Shown: positions 13,011 to 26,030 of the stretch, piece by piece
Layout of the letters: the number at the start of each line of letters is the position of its first letter
Numbering within the stretch: the first letter of the stretch is position 1
Assembly: GCA_951406725.2 (NCBI GenBank)
Contig: OX597823.1
Span: 35,526,001-35,590,000, forward strand
Source of the DNA: Octopus vulgaris
Lineage: Eukaryota
Reading direction: 5' to 3'
Length of the DNA: 64,000 nucleotides
Translations under genes and position numbers: made by a program
Notes under the pieces: generated by a model
The model's database searches: none
What the model was told of the DNA's origin: nothing
The model's input: the letters and a program-made list of their open reading frames with translations, nothing else

Positions 13011-13333
13011 AACACAAACACACAAATATAAAAAAAAATTTTTTTTTAAATATATAAACAAGATGAAAGGGATATAAAAAGAATCACAAATATGTACAAA
13101 AATAAAATACACATTACATATATGTATAGATATAAAATATAGAACACAAGAGAATGCAATAGAGTGTAATATAAAATATGAATATATATATATTGTTGAA
13201 TGGGCGTTGACTTCTAATTAGTTCCTTATCCCTATGACGGGTTTTATTTTTCGTCCTGCAGCACGTCCAACAATCACCCTTCTGAACAAGCATGCTTGGT
13301 GGGGTTGCCAGTTTATTTGCCGACGAACCGACC

Positions 13334-13371
<38 letters not shown>

Positions 13372-13971
13372 CTCTCGCCCCCCTCTCACTCTCTTTGGCA
13401 CCATGAAAGCCTACTTCAACTTTTGGAAAAGTGTCTGTGCGGCCAACTGTCAAAAGAAAAACTTCCCAAACTCTGACAACTTCGGACTCAACGACTTCTA
13501 TCGCCATTTTATTGTATTTTCTTGAAACTTTATTTGTTCTTTAGCGACTACCAATATGGTTTTCATAGAAACCAATCAACTGGAGATATTGTATTATCCG
13601 GTCTTTAATAACCTACTAGATGAATAACCCACTAGCTGGGCTCATCTTTCAAATCTTACACAACACGTTAACTGTTAGGCCACTCAGTCGCAGCAACCGG
13701 TTCTTACCGACCAATATTTTTTGTTTTTTCTCTCATTTATCACTGCTATTTACATATATATGTGCCAAAAAACGTGATTTTCTGGCAAAAAGCGTTCGTA
13801 TTTAAATAACATTGCTATCTGTCTGTCTCCAGCCAAAACTGGAGAGAAGAAAGAACGGTACATATTAAAGACTTAAGCCTTAAAACTTCTGCAAGATAGA
13901 ATAATCTAAATCATCTTTAAAATTACAGCATAATTCTTTTAAATTTATGTTTACTATATTTCCATTATAAA

Positions 13972-14316
13972 AAAGGGTAAAGACCCCCTTCGGTCATGAG
14001 TGACCATGGGTTTGCACCTAGAGAGTTACCCTCTGAGGCACAAGTCTGGGCAAGGTTGTTTTTATGGAAGACCAGTAGTCGCCCATGCATACCGGCCTCC
14101 CCTCTCCACGCCACCAGTGTTATCCAAGGGAAAGACAAAGGCCGATACAGCTTGGCACATGTGACGTCGCAACTCATTTCTACAGCTGAGTGAACTGGAG
14201 CAACGTGAAATAAAGCGTCTTGCTCAAGAACACAACACGCAGCCCGGTCCGGGATTCGAGCTCACAACCTCACGATCGTAAGCTCGACGCTCTAACCACT
14301 GAGCCATGCGCCTCCA
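13972..14316 (-). mobile_element. Full-length tRNA-derived SINE, family B, with 9-bp TSD
   Basis: Head tggaggcgcatggctcagtggttagagcg...gagctcgaatccc (A and B boxes). TSD cattataaa at 13963-13971 and 14317-14325. Second copy at 42467-42804. Confidence 0.92.
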
Positions 14317-15789
14317 CATTATAAATTAGCATAATTATACTTCCAGAGACACAAATCCAAAAGAAATGAAAGCTTTTTTAAAATAAAAATCTTACAGTTT
14401 CAGTTTATATCACCTAAATTACAAATGCTTCTGTCTCTTTATGAACATCTTTATCTTATTGAAGAGATTACACATTCTCTCTTGCTTCAGTATACTTAGC
14501 AGAAAGGATTTAATTTTATATCTTATAGGCATGATAATTCCAGCTGACTGCTACGGTGTCTTGCAGAATATGATTTTATAATTCTTCTTGAAAACATTCT
14601 CTAGACTTACACACATGCATATGCTCCTGCACGGGTGCGTGTTTGCGTGCGCGCGTGTGTGAATACATATGCAAATGCACATTAATACGTGCTGGAGGCT
14701 GCTATAAGTTACATTGTGTGGGCATTTATAAGAGTTTATGACTGTAATTACACGTATGTGTGAGTGTATATATGTGTATAAATTGTGGTTAGTTTCACTG
14801 TATATGTTTATCTATTTCGCGCAGTTATACATAGATATCTGGATTAATGTTGAGATACGGACACATACACATATGTATGTTCAGACATACATGTGAATAT
14901 TCGTGACTGATTATGCAAGTTAGAATATACTCTTTGCATATGTATATTTCCTATATGCTTACACATACAACACAGATATGAGTGTATGAGTGTGTGTGTG
15001 TGTGTGTGTGTGTGTCTTTACGTGCATATATTTATGTATTTACACAAATATCTGATAAATGCATATATCAGATTAAGATTCATGTGTGTAATTACATGTG
15101 TGTGTATATATTATATGTGTGTGTGTTTTATGTTATAAATGCATATAATTACGCTATGTATGGATATGTGCAAGTGATGGATGGAGAGTTGTATGCATTT
15201 GTACATGTAAGCATGTATATATTCACATGTATAAGAGATGCTTTACGCAGTGTGCTGGACGATGAGAACGAGCCTGTATCACGTTGCCGTAAGGTGAACA
15301 TCTTAACACAAACATGCTTTCGATCAAGTAATTAATTATGTTAGGGAGCTGTTTCCCATTTAGATGTGGTGGCTATGTTTAATGGGAAATATTTTTTAGA
15401 ATCATTTAATATCAATGCAATTTTTAGTTGGGATGGTATTGTGTTAGCTTGTTTATTGATATTATTAAGTTTGTATCATCATATGTTGTATGCATAGATA
15501 TCACTTACAATGGTAATCTGTTAATATTTAGCTAAAATAATTGAAGCGTGCAATCTGCTGGAACTGTGGATGAAGTGAGTGATGGAATATACAAAATCAC
15601 TGCCTACAGACACATATATGTAAACATACATACATAGAGGGAGAAGAAGAGAGAGAGAGAGACAAGGAGTGGGGAGAGGAGAAAGAGAAGGAAGGAACCA
15701 GAAAGCGAGAGAGAAGGAGAGAGGAAGGAAGAGAGAAAGAGAGAAGAAGGGAGAGAGATGTGCGTAGTTGTATTGATATACTGATAAGT

Positions 15790-15928
15790 CGGCGAGCGGG
15801 CAGAAACGTTAGCACGCCGTGCGAAATGCTTAGCGGTTTTTCGTCTGCCGTTACGTTCTGAGTTCAAATTCCGCCGAGGTCGACTTTGCCTTTCATCCTT
15901 TCGGGTCGATTAAATAAGTACCAGTTAC
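15790..15928 (+). mobile_element. SINE family C, 5' part
   Basis: ggcgagc.ggcagaaacgttagcacg...gagttcaaattcc (B box) then gaggtcgactttgcctttcatcctttcgggtcgattaaataagtacca. Confidence 0.85.
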
Positions 15929-15949
15929 AGCTGCTAATCACGTGTTGTA

Positions 15950-17900
15950 TCTTCCACAGAAATATGACATAATCTACATTTTCGGTTACATCCTAAAACT
16001 CTAAGTAATCCACTGTCTTTTTGTTTATTAGGTATTTTGTAGCAATCTCCTTTTCTTGGATAGCAAATGTATTGCCTTCGAAGTGTAACGTAATATAGAG
16101 CTCACGAGTTCAAGAGACTGCGCTTCGTGTTGATATTACTGTTATATTCAAGTCTTCGAGAAACATACCAGTGAATAATCGTTTTTTGGTATGCTTAGTA
16201 TCTCATGTCACTTTTGAAGTATATTAGTCCATCTATTTCGGGGTTGTATGGGAATTCGTTATGAAGAAAGTACTTCCCGAGAAGCTCACTGCCAGCACAT
16301 AGAATGTTCTTCTGTTCGCTTGTTTATAAGCACTAGGCGTATAAACTTATTTTCGCTGCTGTTCTTTAGAATGTGCTGTTTGAGAGATATTCGAAGGTTG
16401 TCTACACTGATCTCAAACCTCTACCTCCTTGGTCTCCTCTTAAGTAGAGACTGTCGATATCACTGTTTCTGAGGAAGTTTCCAGTTGATGTCAGTATTCT
16501 TGCGGGTTTTAATGCCTATGGAGTGGATTTATTCTACTGACCAATCAAATATTCTAAATGTTGGCATCCGCGTTGGTACTGAAAATGCATTGTGTGATGT
16601 TGAGGAGAGCTCCGACTACCATTTTTTAAAAGGTTGGTGTAATATTCTCGGTGCTTGTAGCATCCTTTGTATGGAAAAGGAGTGATAGGAAGACTACTAA
16701 TTCACAGATCTTCGGTCTGCTTTCAACAAATAGGAATATTTCTTTTGGCCAAATTCCATTACTATGTCAGCTGGAAATGTTATTAACTCTAGCTGTTTCT
16801 TGGCATTGTCAAAATTTTTAACATGTCTTCAGGTCATCCTTAAAAAAACCTGTGGGTTACTTTAATAGCTATAACAGTTGCCGAGCTGATCCTAGCATGT
16901 GGCCATTTAATTTTTTGTAGCAGAAATAATACTGGATTTAATGCCAAAATGAACTGTAGTGCAAAAGACTATCTCCATGAAATACTCTTTTTGAAATATT
17001 TATAACATAGTAGACGATCATTTCGCTCATAGTTGTAAGAATAAGATCTGTTGCTCAGGTCTTTGCGAGACTGTCAATGGCACCAACTAATAGCAGGCAA
17101 ATTTGCCAACTGTAAATATTTTAGCAACCATGACTTGGGAATAGGGTCGAATGTCTTCCTATGATCAAACCATACTGTTACAGAGCTTCTGCAGTGTTTT
17201 CTAATTCCTGAAAGTACGGCTTTGTTTTACAAATGTTAGTCGGTACATCTCTAGACTCCATTTTTCCACCTGTCTGCTCATCAACCATAATGTTGTTGGG
17301 CACACAATGGTCCTGAAGGAATTAGTTGAGGAAATGTATGCAGAGTTTGTACATAATGTTTAGGCAAGCAATGGATTTTAGTTTTCTCGGTGGATTCATT
17401 TGTAATCATAACATTTGTTCCTGCTTTAGTAAGTGAATTTCGTATGTCAATCTGACTTTCCATAGTTCTTTTGAAAATACATTTTAATGATTTTCTGTAA
17501 TATGTCAGCCTCTTTTTACCAACATCCAACTATTAGGTATTTTTCAATTGCTTTCCCATTAAGCAGTTTTCTAACTATAGTGAAAGTTTCCGGGTCAATT
17601 GCATATATTTATTAATGATATTGGTGCAGTAGTCTTTCCTAACTGTCTTTTACCATGATGCATTAAAACTGAAATCCCTCTTTTCATTCCAGATTTTAGA
17701 CTAGAATGATTCTAGGTCTTCTTGAGATGGAGATTTCTTAACAGTCGGCTCATTCCATATGAAATCACCTTATGGCCCCATCAGATCTACATTAACACCC
17801 TCTTGGATTTCTGTTGAACCAAAAAGATACGAAGTTTGATGTGCACATTTTTATACCCAGAGAAAGGATTTTGTCTTTATACATATCAATGGTTAAAATT
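15950..17900 (-). mobile_element. Old R4/NeSL-like (REL-group) LINE reverse transcriptase fragment
   Basis: Minus strand gives DHRKTFDPIPKSWL (DYKKAFDSV.HSW), GDSL, THRFFKDDLKT (YMDDLK), DIVMEFGQKK and DIDSLYL...GGRGL. Heavily mutated, boundaries approximate. Confidence 0.8.
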
Positions 17901-18074
17901 TACATAAACAAAATCATTTAATTTTGATTCGGTTAAAGAAACTTTATTTGGAGTTCAAGAAACTGCATCCAGAATAAAAAAAAATTGGATTCAGCAAGTT
18001 CTGTGAACTGTAACGAAACTAATGCCTTATAGTGAATAATAATGGTATTAAAATCTGTGCAGGTATTATTATTA

Positions 18075-18235
18075 AGGAAGCGGCGAACTGACAGAATCGT
18101 TTGCATGGCAGACAAAATACTTTGCGGCATTTCGTCCGTCTTCACGTTCTGAGTTCAAATTTCGACGAGGTCGACATTGCCTTTCATCTTTTCAGGGTCG
18201 ATAAAATAATTACTAGTTGAACACTGAAGTCGAAA
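18075..18235 (+). mobile_element. SINE family C copy
   Basis: gcggcgaactgacagaatcgtt...gagttcaaatt...gaggtcgac.ttgcctttcatc. Confidence 0.82.
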
Positions 18236-18800
18236 ATGTTGGTTTGTACCAAATTATTATTATTGTTGTTGAATCAATTCTGAGCGTGCACCTGTAAACA
18301 AAAGGAGAAGGACTCTTGCCCTGTTGTTCAGGCGCCCATGACTTTGTGGGTTTTTTCACGAGGTCCTTAATACGCCTCCTCTATTGGGAGTTTTAAATAG
18401 TTTAATTTTTAACCGTTATATTTACTGTTTACACGTTGTAAAACCCATTGTATCGTCCTGTTTTTGTCTTTTATGTTGTTGTATGTCTCTTAATGTAATT
18501 TTATGTAAGCCCTTGTGGTTACTAACCGAATAAATTATTGTTGTTGTTGTTGTTTATCGACAAGACCAGACGTATCGCGAACCCTCCATGAGTTATTGAC
18601 TAGTTTCATACGTTATATTTTTGTTTCCTTTTTTGTTGTAATTTGCCTTAAAGGGCGAAATTTCGAAAAGAAAATATTTCTTCTCGAAATATTGAAAAAA
18701 ACTATTATGGCGTATTCATCGCCTAAACATAGAGAAGGTGGGGTGGTTTTCTAGCTGAAATTGTCTTTCACAGTCAATTCCCCTGGCTAATTTATCAAAC

Positions 18801-19130
18801 ATGGAAAAAGGTAGTAGCAGGAGAATCAACAGCAAAGATAAAAGCAGCAACTACAACAAAAATATTAACACTGCAAACATCTACATAAACAAAAGACAAA
18901 AAACAGATGAAAACAACAGCACCACTTCTATCTTCAACGCCGACCAAAGCAACAATAACAACAAAGAAGAAAAACAGGAAAAAAAGACAAATTTTTCACA
19001 CATCACACGTACATATTCAACCAACGCCGACACATTCGCTAAAAACGACAAAGACCACAAATCGAGCATTATCGTTTTCGATGCTGCATTGCGTCAACGC
19101 TGCAAAACAAGTATAAAGCTATCAATATAA
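18801..19130 (+). CDS. Candidate low-complexity (N/K/S-rich) coding exon or ORF of unknown function
   Basis: 109-aa ORF not built from a microsatellite. Start context caaacATGG. An acceptor-like ttgtctttcacAG ends at 18773. No recognisable domain. Confidence 0.2.
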   Translation: MEKGSSRRINSKDKSSNYNKNINTANIYINKRQKTDENNSTTSIFNADQSNNNNKEEKQEKKTNFSHITRTYSTNADTFAKNDKDHKSSIIVFDAALRQRCKTSIKLSI

Positions 19131-21364
19131 ATATAAAAAAATATAAAGCTGTCAATATAAATATTAAAAATAAATAAAGCTCTTAATAGATGATTTAAAA
19201 ATTTAAGAGAGATGTTAAAATGAAATGGAAGAAGAGCTACTCTTCGAAGCTACTGTTGAAAAAAGGTTAGGATAAAATAGTCTTAAACTAGAACAGGTGA
19301 CACAACGACAAAATGAAGAGTGTCTAAGACCAGTATGGTACACGAATACATATGTTGCAAATGGGAAGATGACACTACAGAAGTGCATGTAAGCATATGT
19401 GAAAGCGCCTAACATCGTCAACTAAATTATTTTAATGGAGTCTACGACAAGCAATGCCTGCCTTTTCAGTATTAGTTTCGCAGTGTTTGTGTTTAGGAGG
19501 TCTATATATGAGATATCGTTGATTCCAGTGAAACAATAATGTAATCAAATCTTTTAAAGATTTAACGGTCCTAGCACTACATTCATCTAGAAAAATATTC
19601 ATTTTTCTTTTTATATTAACTATTAAAACCAAAAGTAAGTATATTTTTATTTTTGGTTTCTGCAAATATTGCTTCTTTCTTTTCTGCAAACTGCTTAGAT
19701 ATTTATGTTTGTTGCCGTCTTGGCTAAACGAACCAATGTCTATAAAACTAAATTAGTTACTCAAAATGAAATGTAATAGAAATACGTTTACACATTCAGT
19801 TTTAGCTGTTTTAAAATACGTTTACGAATTCATTTTGTATTTTCAAATTCATTTACATAAGGATGACCTGCGTAAACTACATTTAAAAACTTTTGCTGCA
19901 GTCTTCTTTTGTCTGGAACTCACCGCTTCCTAAGCGACACAAAGCTCCTAAAATTCCATAACATATGCAATCTAATGTTACCAAGTCAATACGCTTTCTA
20001 TTGATTTTTTTATCGATATTAGTAAATTGAATTATCTTTGGCCAAGATTACAATCGAGTTGCAATCATTTATAGCTGGCAGATTATCTTTCACTCCACAG
20101 TATTGTTAATTTTTTAAAATTATTTTAGAGCAGAGTGTAAGATAAGTTACGCGAATAATTTTCATAATAGGTTTGTCATTGTTGAGAGAAATTTCCAGCT
20201 GTAATTTAAAATCATGGGTCCGTTCACATTTTCATTTGGATTAAATCTTATAATCTCGTCGGAAACAATCGACGTGAAAATGATAATCACAATAAACATC
20301 GACTATTGTTCGGTATTGATTATGATTATCTGAAGCACATCAAAAAGAGAATTAATGATTACTTCCAATGGTACAGACCAAAAATTCATTGGCGTGGATT
20401 ATTGTCAAGTGAACTGAACATTGTAAAAATAATTGGTACCGATTCTATCAGCCTTGGCTACTCTGCAGAGCTTTGTAGCAAGAAGATTGAAGTATTTTCT
20501 ATTATCAGTTCAAGCATTCGCACGTCTAGCATTCCTCTAATCATGGAAACAAATACTAATTGGCAATCGTTATATTCTTTCTAATCCAGTACTAAAACTA
20601 TCTTCCATGCTTTGAAATTTAATTAAATTCTCTGCTCATTTGTTTCAACTTTCATATTGTTTTAAGGTGGTCTTATTGAGGCCTCGACAAATCCACCTTA
20701 GACTGATGCCATCATGCCGATTATAAGAAATATTTAATAATTTAATAATTAATAGCTAAAGATCAGTATTAATAACAACAGGCTATCTTTATATCCAACT
20801 TAAGTGGACGTTGTTTAGAAGCGAGATTACTGCGTTTTTTGCCTTGCGATGTCCTCTCATATCGACTTGTGGTGCATAAAAGTATTCTTTGTCAGGGAGA
20901 TAGCTACCATTCGTCTTCCACCGAGAAGCCCAGACAAGGCGAAATCACGAGGTCTGGCATTTCTGGGGGCCGTATTGTGAGAGGTCTTCTCAAAGTAAAT
21001 AATGCAGTATTCTGTTTTGGAATGTGTGAAGTATAGTGTTAGATAACATAGAGACTCTTTTGGCTGACATTTCGTAGATGCTCACTTTGTAATAATTTAT
21101 TACAGAGACACAAGATTTCAAGTTTGGATGGAAGAAACAGTCGAAGAAACTAACTCAAGACTTAGCTGGCATTTATATTGTTTAACACGAATGACCAAAA
21201 GATTAAAGTGATTTCGGTGGGATTCGAACACATAATGTAAACGCACGTAACTAAAATCTGACCCCTGGTATTTCGATCATTTCTCTATTGATCCTGCGTC
21301 GCTGATTTAGTATTAAAAATAATGCTTGAATATGCCTGATGATTACACTGCGGTGTACTGATTA

Positions 21365-23769
21365 AACTGGGGAACACATATTTTATTGAATGATATTTGA
21401 CACTTGATTCTAAATAATTTGGGTGCACTAAATACGAATATTTTAACTCAGTTTGGCTCTATCAGATCCTGATTCTTGTCAACAGCCTATGTGCAGTTTT
21501 CCAGATTTTTCAAATTGGGACTAAAAAATTAAGTCATGTGTTCAAATTTATTTTCAAGTTTCATGGCTACAAGCAGTTCAAACTACTGAAAAGTTACATT
21601 GTAACGATAGAAATGACTTAAAATAAAGAGATATGAAGCTTTCACTCTGGCAAAAAATTTCTTTTATGATACTTACTTGTGTATTTACTTGTTGATAACA
21701 GGTCTCTTTTCAAGCATCAACAGTAATCAGACTTCATATGGTAATCCCACCGTCCTTAGTACTGTTCCGGCTAATTTTGATATCTTGGTGGAATCTCTCC
21801 CCTTGTTCGTCACTTCCAGCACCTAAATTACTTGGAAATTGGAAATGTATTTTTACAATTTCTTCTTAGTTATCTGCTCCATAATTACCTAAAACGTTTT
21901 CTATCAAGTCCACGTATCAGAACCAGGCATGTTTTGTGTTCATTCATGAGATTAGGAAAATCGCAGTCTTTAATTAATGTTCTTATTTGTGGACCGTCGA
22001 AAATTCCTGCCTTGATTTTTTCATAACTTAAACTTGGAACTTGCTGTTCGTATCTAAAACATTTATATATTGTTTAATGGGGCTGGGTTGATATGTAGGG
22101 GAGGAAATATGATTTTATCTTTGGTCACTAAAGGTTGATTAATTAGGTTTTTTTTCTCCGATAGTAAATGACGTTCATACTAGCCAGACTTCATTGAAAT
22201 AATGTTCTTTGGCTCTACTGTCTTATAAGTAATGGAAGCAGGGATATTTGATATACCCTGCTTGTTGTCATAGCAGAGAATTAACCATTTTAAAGTCAAT
22301 TCCTATGACCTACTCGCGCTTCCTATGTTTGATAAAATTTTAAAACTTTTCTATATGTTCGTACATACATTTAAGACTTCTTTAGCAGTGTCTAAAACAA
22401 GAGCCAGTCATTTGCATCGTAAAACTCAACCCCTGTCTCGCAGGTGTCTCGCAGCAATATATTTAGCCCTCCTCTGTTCTAAAATATTTAAGAAGTTCTC
22501 TTTTTCTCTAAAATGTAATGTATGTATATGAAGTAAGCAAACTTTTCTCTCTAATTCTTGAAGCTAAAATTTCCGCAGCCTTTTTTTTTTAGGCAAATTT
22601 AGATCCCTTACAAGATCATTCAACTCGGCCTGGTTAAACTTTTGCGGATCATTTTGACTTTCAAATACGCTGGGGTCAAAATCAACGTCAGACTCCTCAG
22701 AGTGCAATATTTTTTGGAACATCTTCAACTACTTCTTGAAGTGGCAGACTATTAAATATTGGAATGGGAAATTCATTCGAATGTAGAACAGGCAGTATCA
22801 CGGTGTCGAAATTTGGGTACTCGATTCAATGTTTATTTTTCTTAATGAAGCCCGAAATCTTGACAAAGCAAAAGTAGCAATCTTTCTCATGATTGGTAAG
22901 TTCACCCCACGCCTATATGAAAACAAATGTATAAAAAGGTCATTTTTGACATAAAGAAAAAAACCGCTTTCGTAACGCAATTGTTACGTTCAACTGACTT
23001 CCATTAGACATTAAATTCACCTTCCTGATTTCTATTCAAAGTTAGTCAAACGTACTTGTACATGAGTACATGGATAATAATGCACAGAGCAGAACGTGTC
23101 AGGCGCTTGTATGTCGGCGTTTGAAAAAGCGTTAACAAAAGCGACGAGAGACTAACTTGTTTTTATGAATTTTATCAAAAGTTATCACCCAAAGATTTTA
23201 CATTTCTATGTGCTCCAACCTATATAATGCATAGCATTATTTTAAATTCTTATAAATATTTTTCTGTAAATTTTTGTTTATATACCTAAGTTACAATTAG
23301 ATTTAGGTAAGTTACTAGTGGCTAAAGTACGTAGTTTTATGAAGTCATAAACTTACCATCGGAACTTCAAAAGGTATTTATAAATCCGAACCCTTCGTCC
23401 AATGTCGCAATATAGTGCAGGTTTTATGTAGAGCCCACGAATATTCTTGGTCGCCCAGTTTTATGCCAAAATATGCTAAATAAGCTCTTTTTAAGAAGTC
23501 ATTTATATTTCCTCGTTGATGTGTAAGTGTAAAATTTCCACATTATAACAAAAGGAATCAGGTGGGTTTTTTTTTGCATTTCAACTTCCTTGTGATTGAT
23601 GACATTGAGTGATTGTTCTACCAAACTGTTAAGGTATCGTAAAGGTATCAAAATCAAGACCTGATAGAGCAAAACCGAGTAAAAGTTCGTGCTAATTGCA
23701 CCCAAATTACCTAGAACTGACTCTCAAATCTTATTTAATAGACAAAAAGTTGAAATTTGTTCGCCAGTG
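21365..23769 (-). mobile_element. Full-length decayed Chapaev3-like DNA transposon
   Basis: Transposase remnants PQKFNQAELNDLVRDLNL, QQAGYIKYPCF..DSR, KIKAGIFDGPQIR, SDEQGERFHQDI. Imperfect TIRs of about 115 bp (aactggggaaca.../...tgttcgccagtg, sharing tgcacccaaatta and ctgatagagc). TTA flanks both ends. Family name is from motif recall. Confidence 0.8.
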
Positions 23770-24667
23770 TTACACTTTGTAATAATATAATGACGATGAT
23801 AACACACTGATAAAACATTGACTGCATTGTCTGACATCAAGCTTTGCTTGACTGTTTGATTTCTTTTTAAATTACTGATAATTATGAATGACCTGAATAA
23901 TCTCTTAGTTGTAGTTACTAATTTAATGATTAATTTGTTTGTTAATTTGTTTTGTTCTTTCACCCCAATTGAACCACGAAATAAATACAAAAATTTACTT
24001 GATATATATATAAACTGAGTTCAATAATTTAAATGTTAGTAGTTCAGGAAGGTACAAAATAAAAATTCTTAGTGATTTGAACTTTATTCCTTATTTGGTA
24101 AAAATGAATGAAAAATGTAACAACAATTGTGAGCGACACTGAAAGGGAAGGGAAATAATCTGAAAATAAATAAGATTCAATTTGCCAGAATCTCAAATCT
24201 TTGATAATTGACCCGGTGATAGTATTGGACCTGTTTACATATTAAAATTCATAAACGCAAGGTAGTAGCTATTAGTTTGGAATCCTCCAAAAATGTGAAA
24301 AATATTTTTGACACACAGTCAACTCTCGAGCCTTGTCTCCATCCGTGTCATTCTAGGAAGTTCATGAAGATCAGGTACAAATTATTTTCAATTTAGTTTT
24401 GTGTTTATTTATTTATTTGGTAAATATTAGTCCATTCTGGACAGAAACAGGGATCAAAGCATCATGAGGGTCCGAAAACAATATTTCCTTCATTTTGCTT
24501 ATTTTTTTTTCCATTTTGAAACTAATAGTTGTTGACCAGAATTTCTCCAGGAATTGTAAATATATTTCTGACTCAATAATTGCACGCCTAAATCCTTGCA
24601 AATATGAATACAATATATTTTCAACTTAGCAAGCTAATGTCATGACATGTGCGCAGAAGTGTGTGCA

Positions 24668-24715
24668 AGAGAGAGAGGGAGAGAGAGAGAAAGAGAGAGA
24701 ACGAGAAGGAAGAGC

Positions 24716-24781
<66 letters not shown>

Positions 24782-24835
24782 ACGAGAAGGAAGAGCGAAA
24801 GAGAGAGAAAGAGAGAGAGAACGAGAAGGAAGAGC

Positions 24836-24899
<64 letters not shown>

Positions 24900-24900
24900 A
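24668..24900. repeat. (AG)n array with three embedded copies of gaacgagaaggaagagcgaaa
   Basis: Direct reading. Source of the ERER pseudo-ORFs. Confidence 0.97.
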
Positions 24901-25029
24901 ACTAATATTAAATTTTCTTTAGGGATAATCTCTCTGCAAATATAAACAACTTTAAAAAGCTTTATTTAGTGCTATAAATAAGGTTACTTAAATATGTAAG
25001 TAAAGCTACTTAATTGGGTTTTCGTAATG

Positions 25030-26030
25030 AAAGTATCCATAATTGAGTACTCAAGGGAAAAAGGGGAGCCGAGATATCCACGCTATTGGCAGAGAAATAG
25101 AAATAGACATGGTCGATAGTGTAGAGAGTTAGCTAAGTCAAATAAAAATTTTCAGAACAGAAACCATGATGATAGAAATAGAATAGAAATAGAAGAAACA
25201 ATATTTATAGCAGTTAATATTTATATTGTATTGGTGAGTGAGTCTTTGACGTTCAGTCGAATTGCTTCATGGGATATGTCTAAGATATTTACTCCAGTAA
25301 CGCTTTAATGCAGATATGTTGTCGGTGACCTACTGTAGGTCATACAAGTCATTTATAAAGGATTATCAACGGATCCGGTTTGAAATAAGTTCTGGTTGTG
25401 GACAGAAAGGTTACAGTTAAAAAATAAAATATAGTTTCGTTACAGAAGTACAGAAGTGTAGTTGCATAAGATCCTGTGGTATTATAAGACCGGATATTTG
25501 CAGTCAAATGAAAGGTTTTCGCTATGATCTATTCAGGTGTTGAGAAATTGAAGTGCACAATGGGGTCTTTGATACGTATTGAGAATCTCAAGTTTCGGGT
25601 GATGTAGTCACGTCGAAAGATAATTTCATGATTTCTGACCATGGGGGCAAGACACGTCTGGTGTCTATTTTGTACGGATGACGCATGAATGAGAAATGTT
25701 AGAGGTGAGACAGGGAGAATTATTGATATCGGGAAGGAATAATGTTATATACTGACATACATCTGCGTTGATAAAATGTAGAAATAAAACATCCACGTCA
25801 GTGGGAGTTATAAAGGTACAAAAGTCTGATGGGGAAACTGTGGGTGCAAATTTGAATGGCAGAAAGGGTCTACAGGTGTGCAACATAACTAAAAGGTTTT
25901 CGTTTGAGAAACGTCCATTAGAAAGCTTTGCTGGAATAAAATATTAAATATCAGAATCAAGTTTAACGTTTTAAATAGTTACGAGAGTGCGATTTGATAT
26001 TTTGAATAGAATATGTCATTTACTGTAGTA
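25030..26030 (-). mobile_element. Highly decayed Penelope-like element 3' region (GIY-YIG remnant)
   Basis: Minus-strand pieces HSCVI..., HTRRVL and TSISQHL resemble the PLE GIY-YIG pattern (CVIY.F.C..YIG.T.R.L...S.I..HL). Frames are badly broken. Confidence 0.4.

Noticed and set aside
14240-14316. Functional tRNA genes at SINE heads (also 34152, 58320, 63700)
   Set aside because: No acceptor-stem pairing, and each continues into a repeated SINE body.
15252-15294. Possible exon VLDDENEPVSRCRK
   Set aside because: No polypyrimidine tract and a weak donor, so insufficient support.
21333-21364. CTGATGA followed by the hairpin tacac-tgcg-gtgta
   Set aside because: No GAAA follows, even after removing the adjacent transposon.
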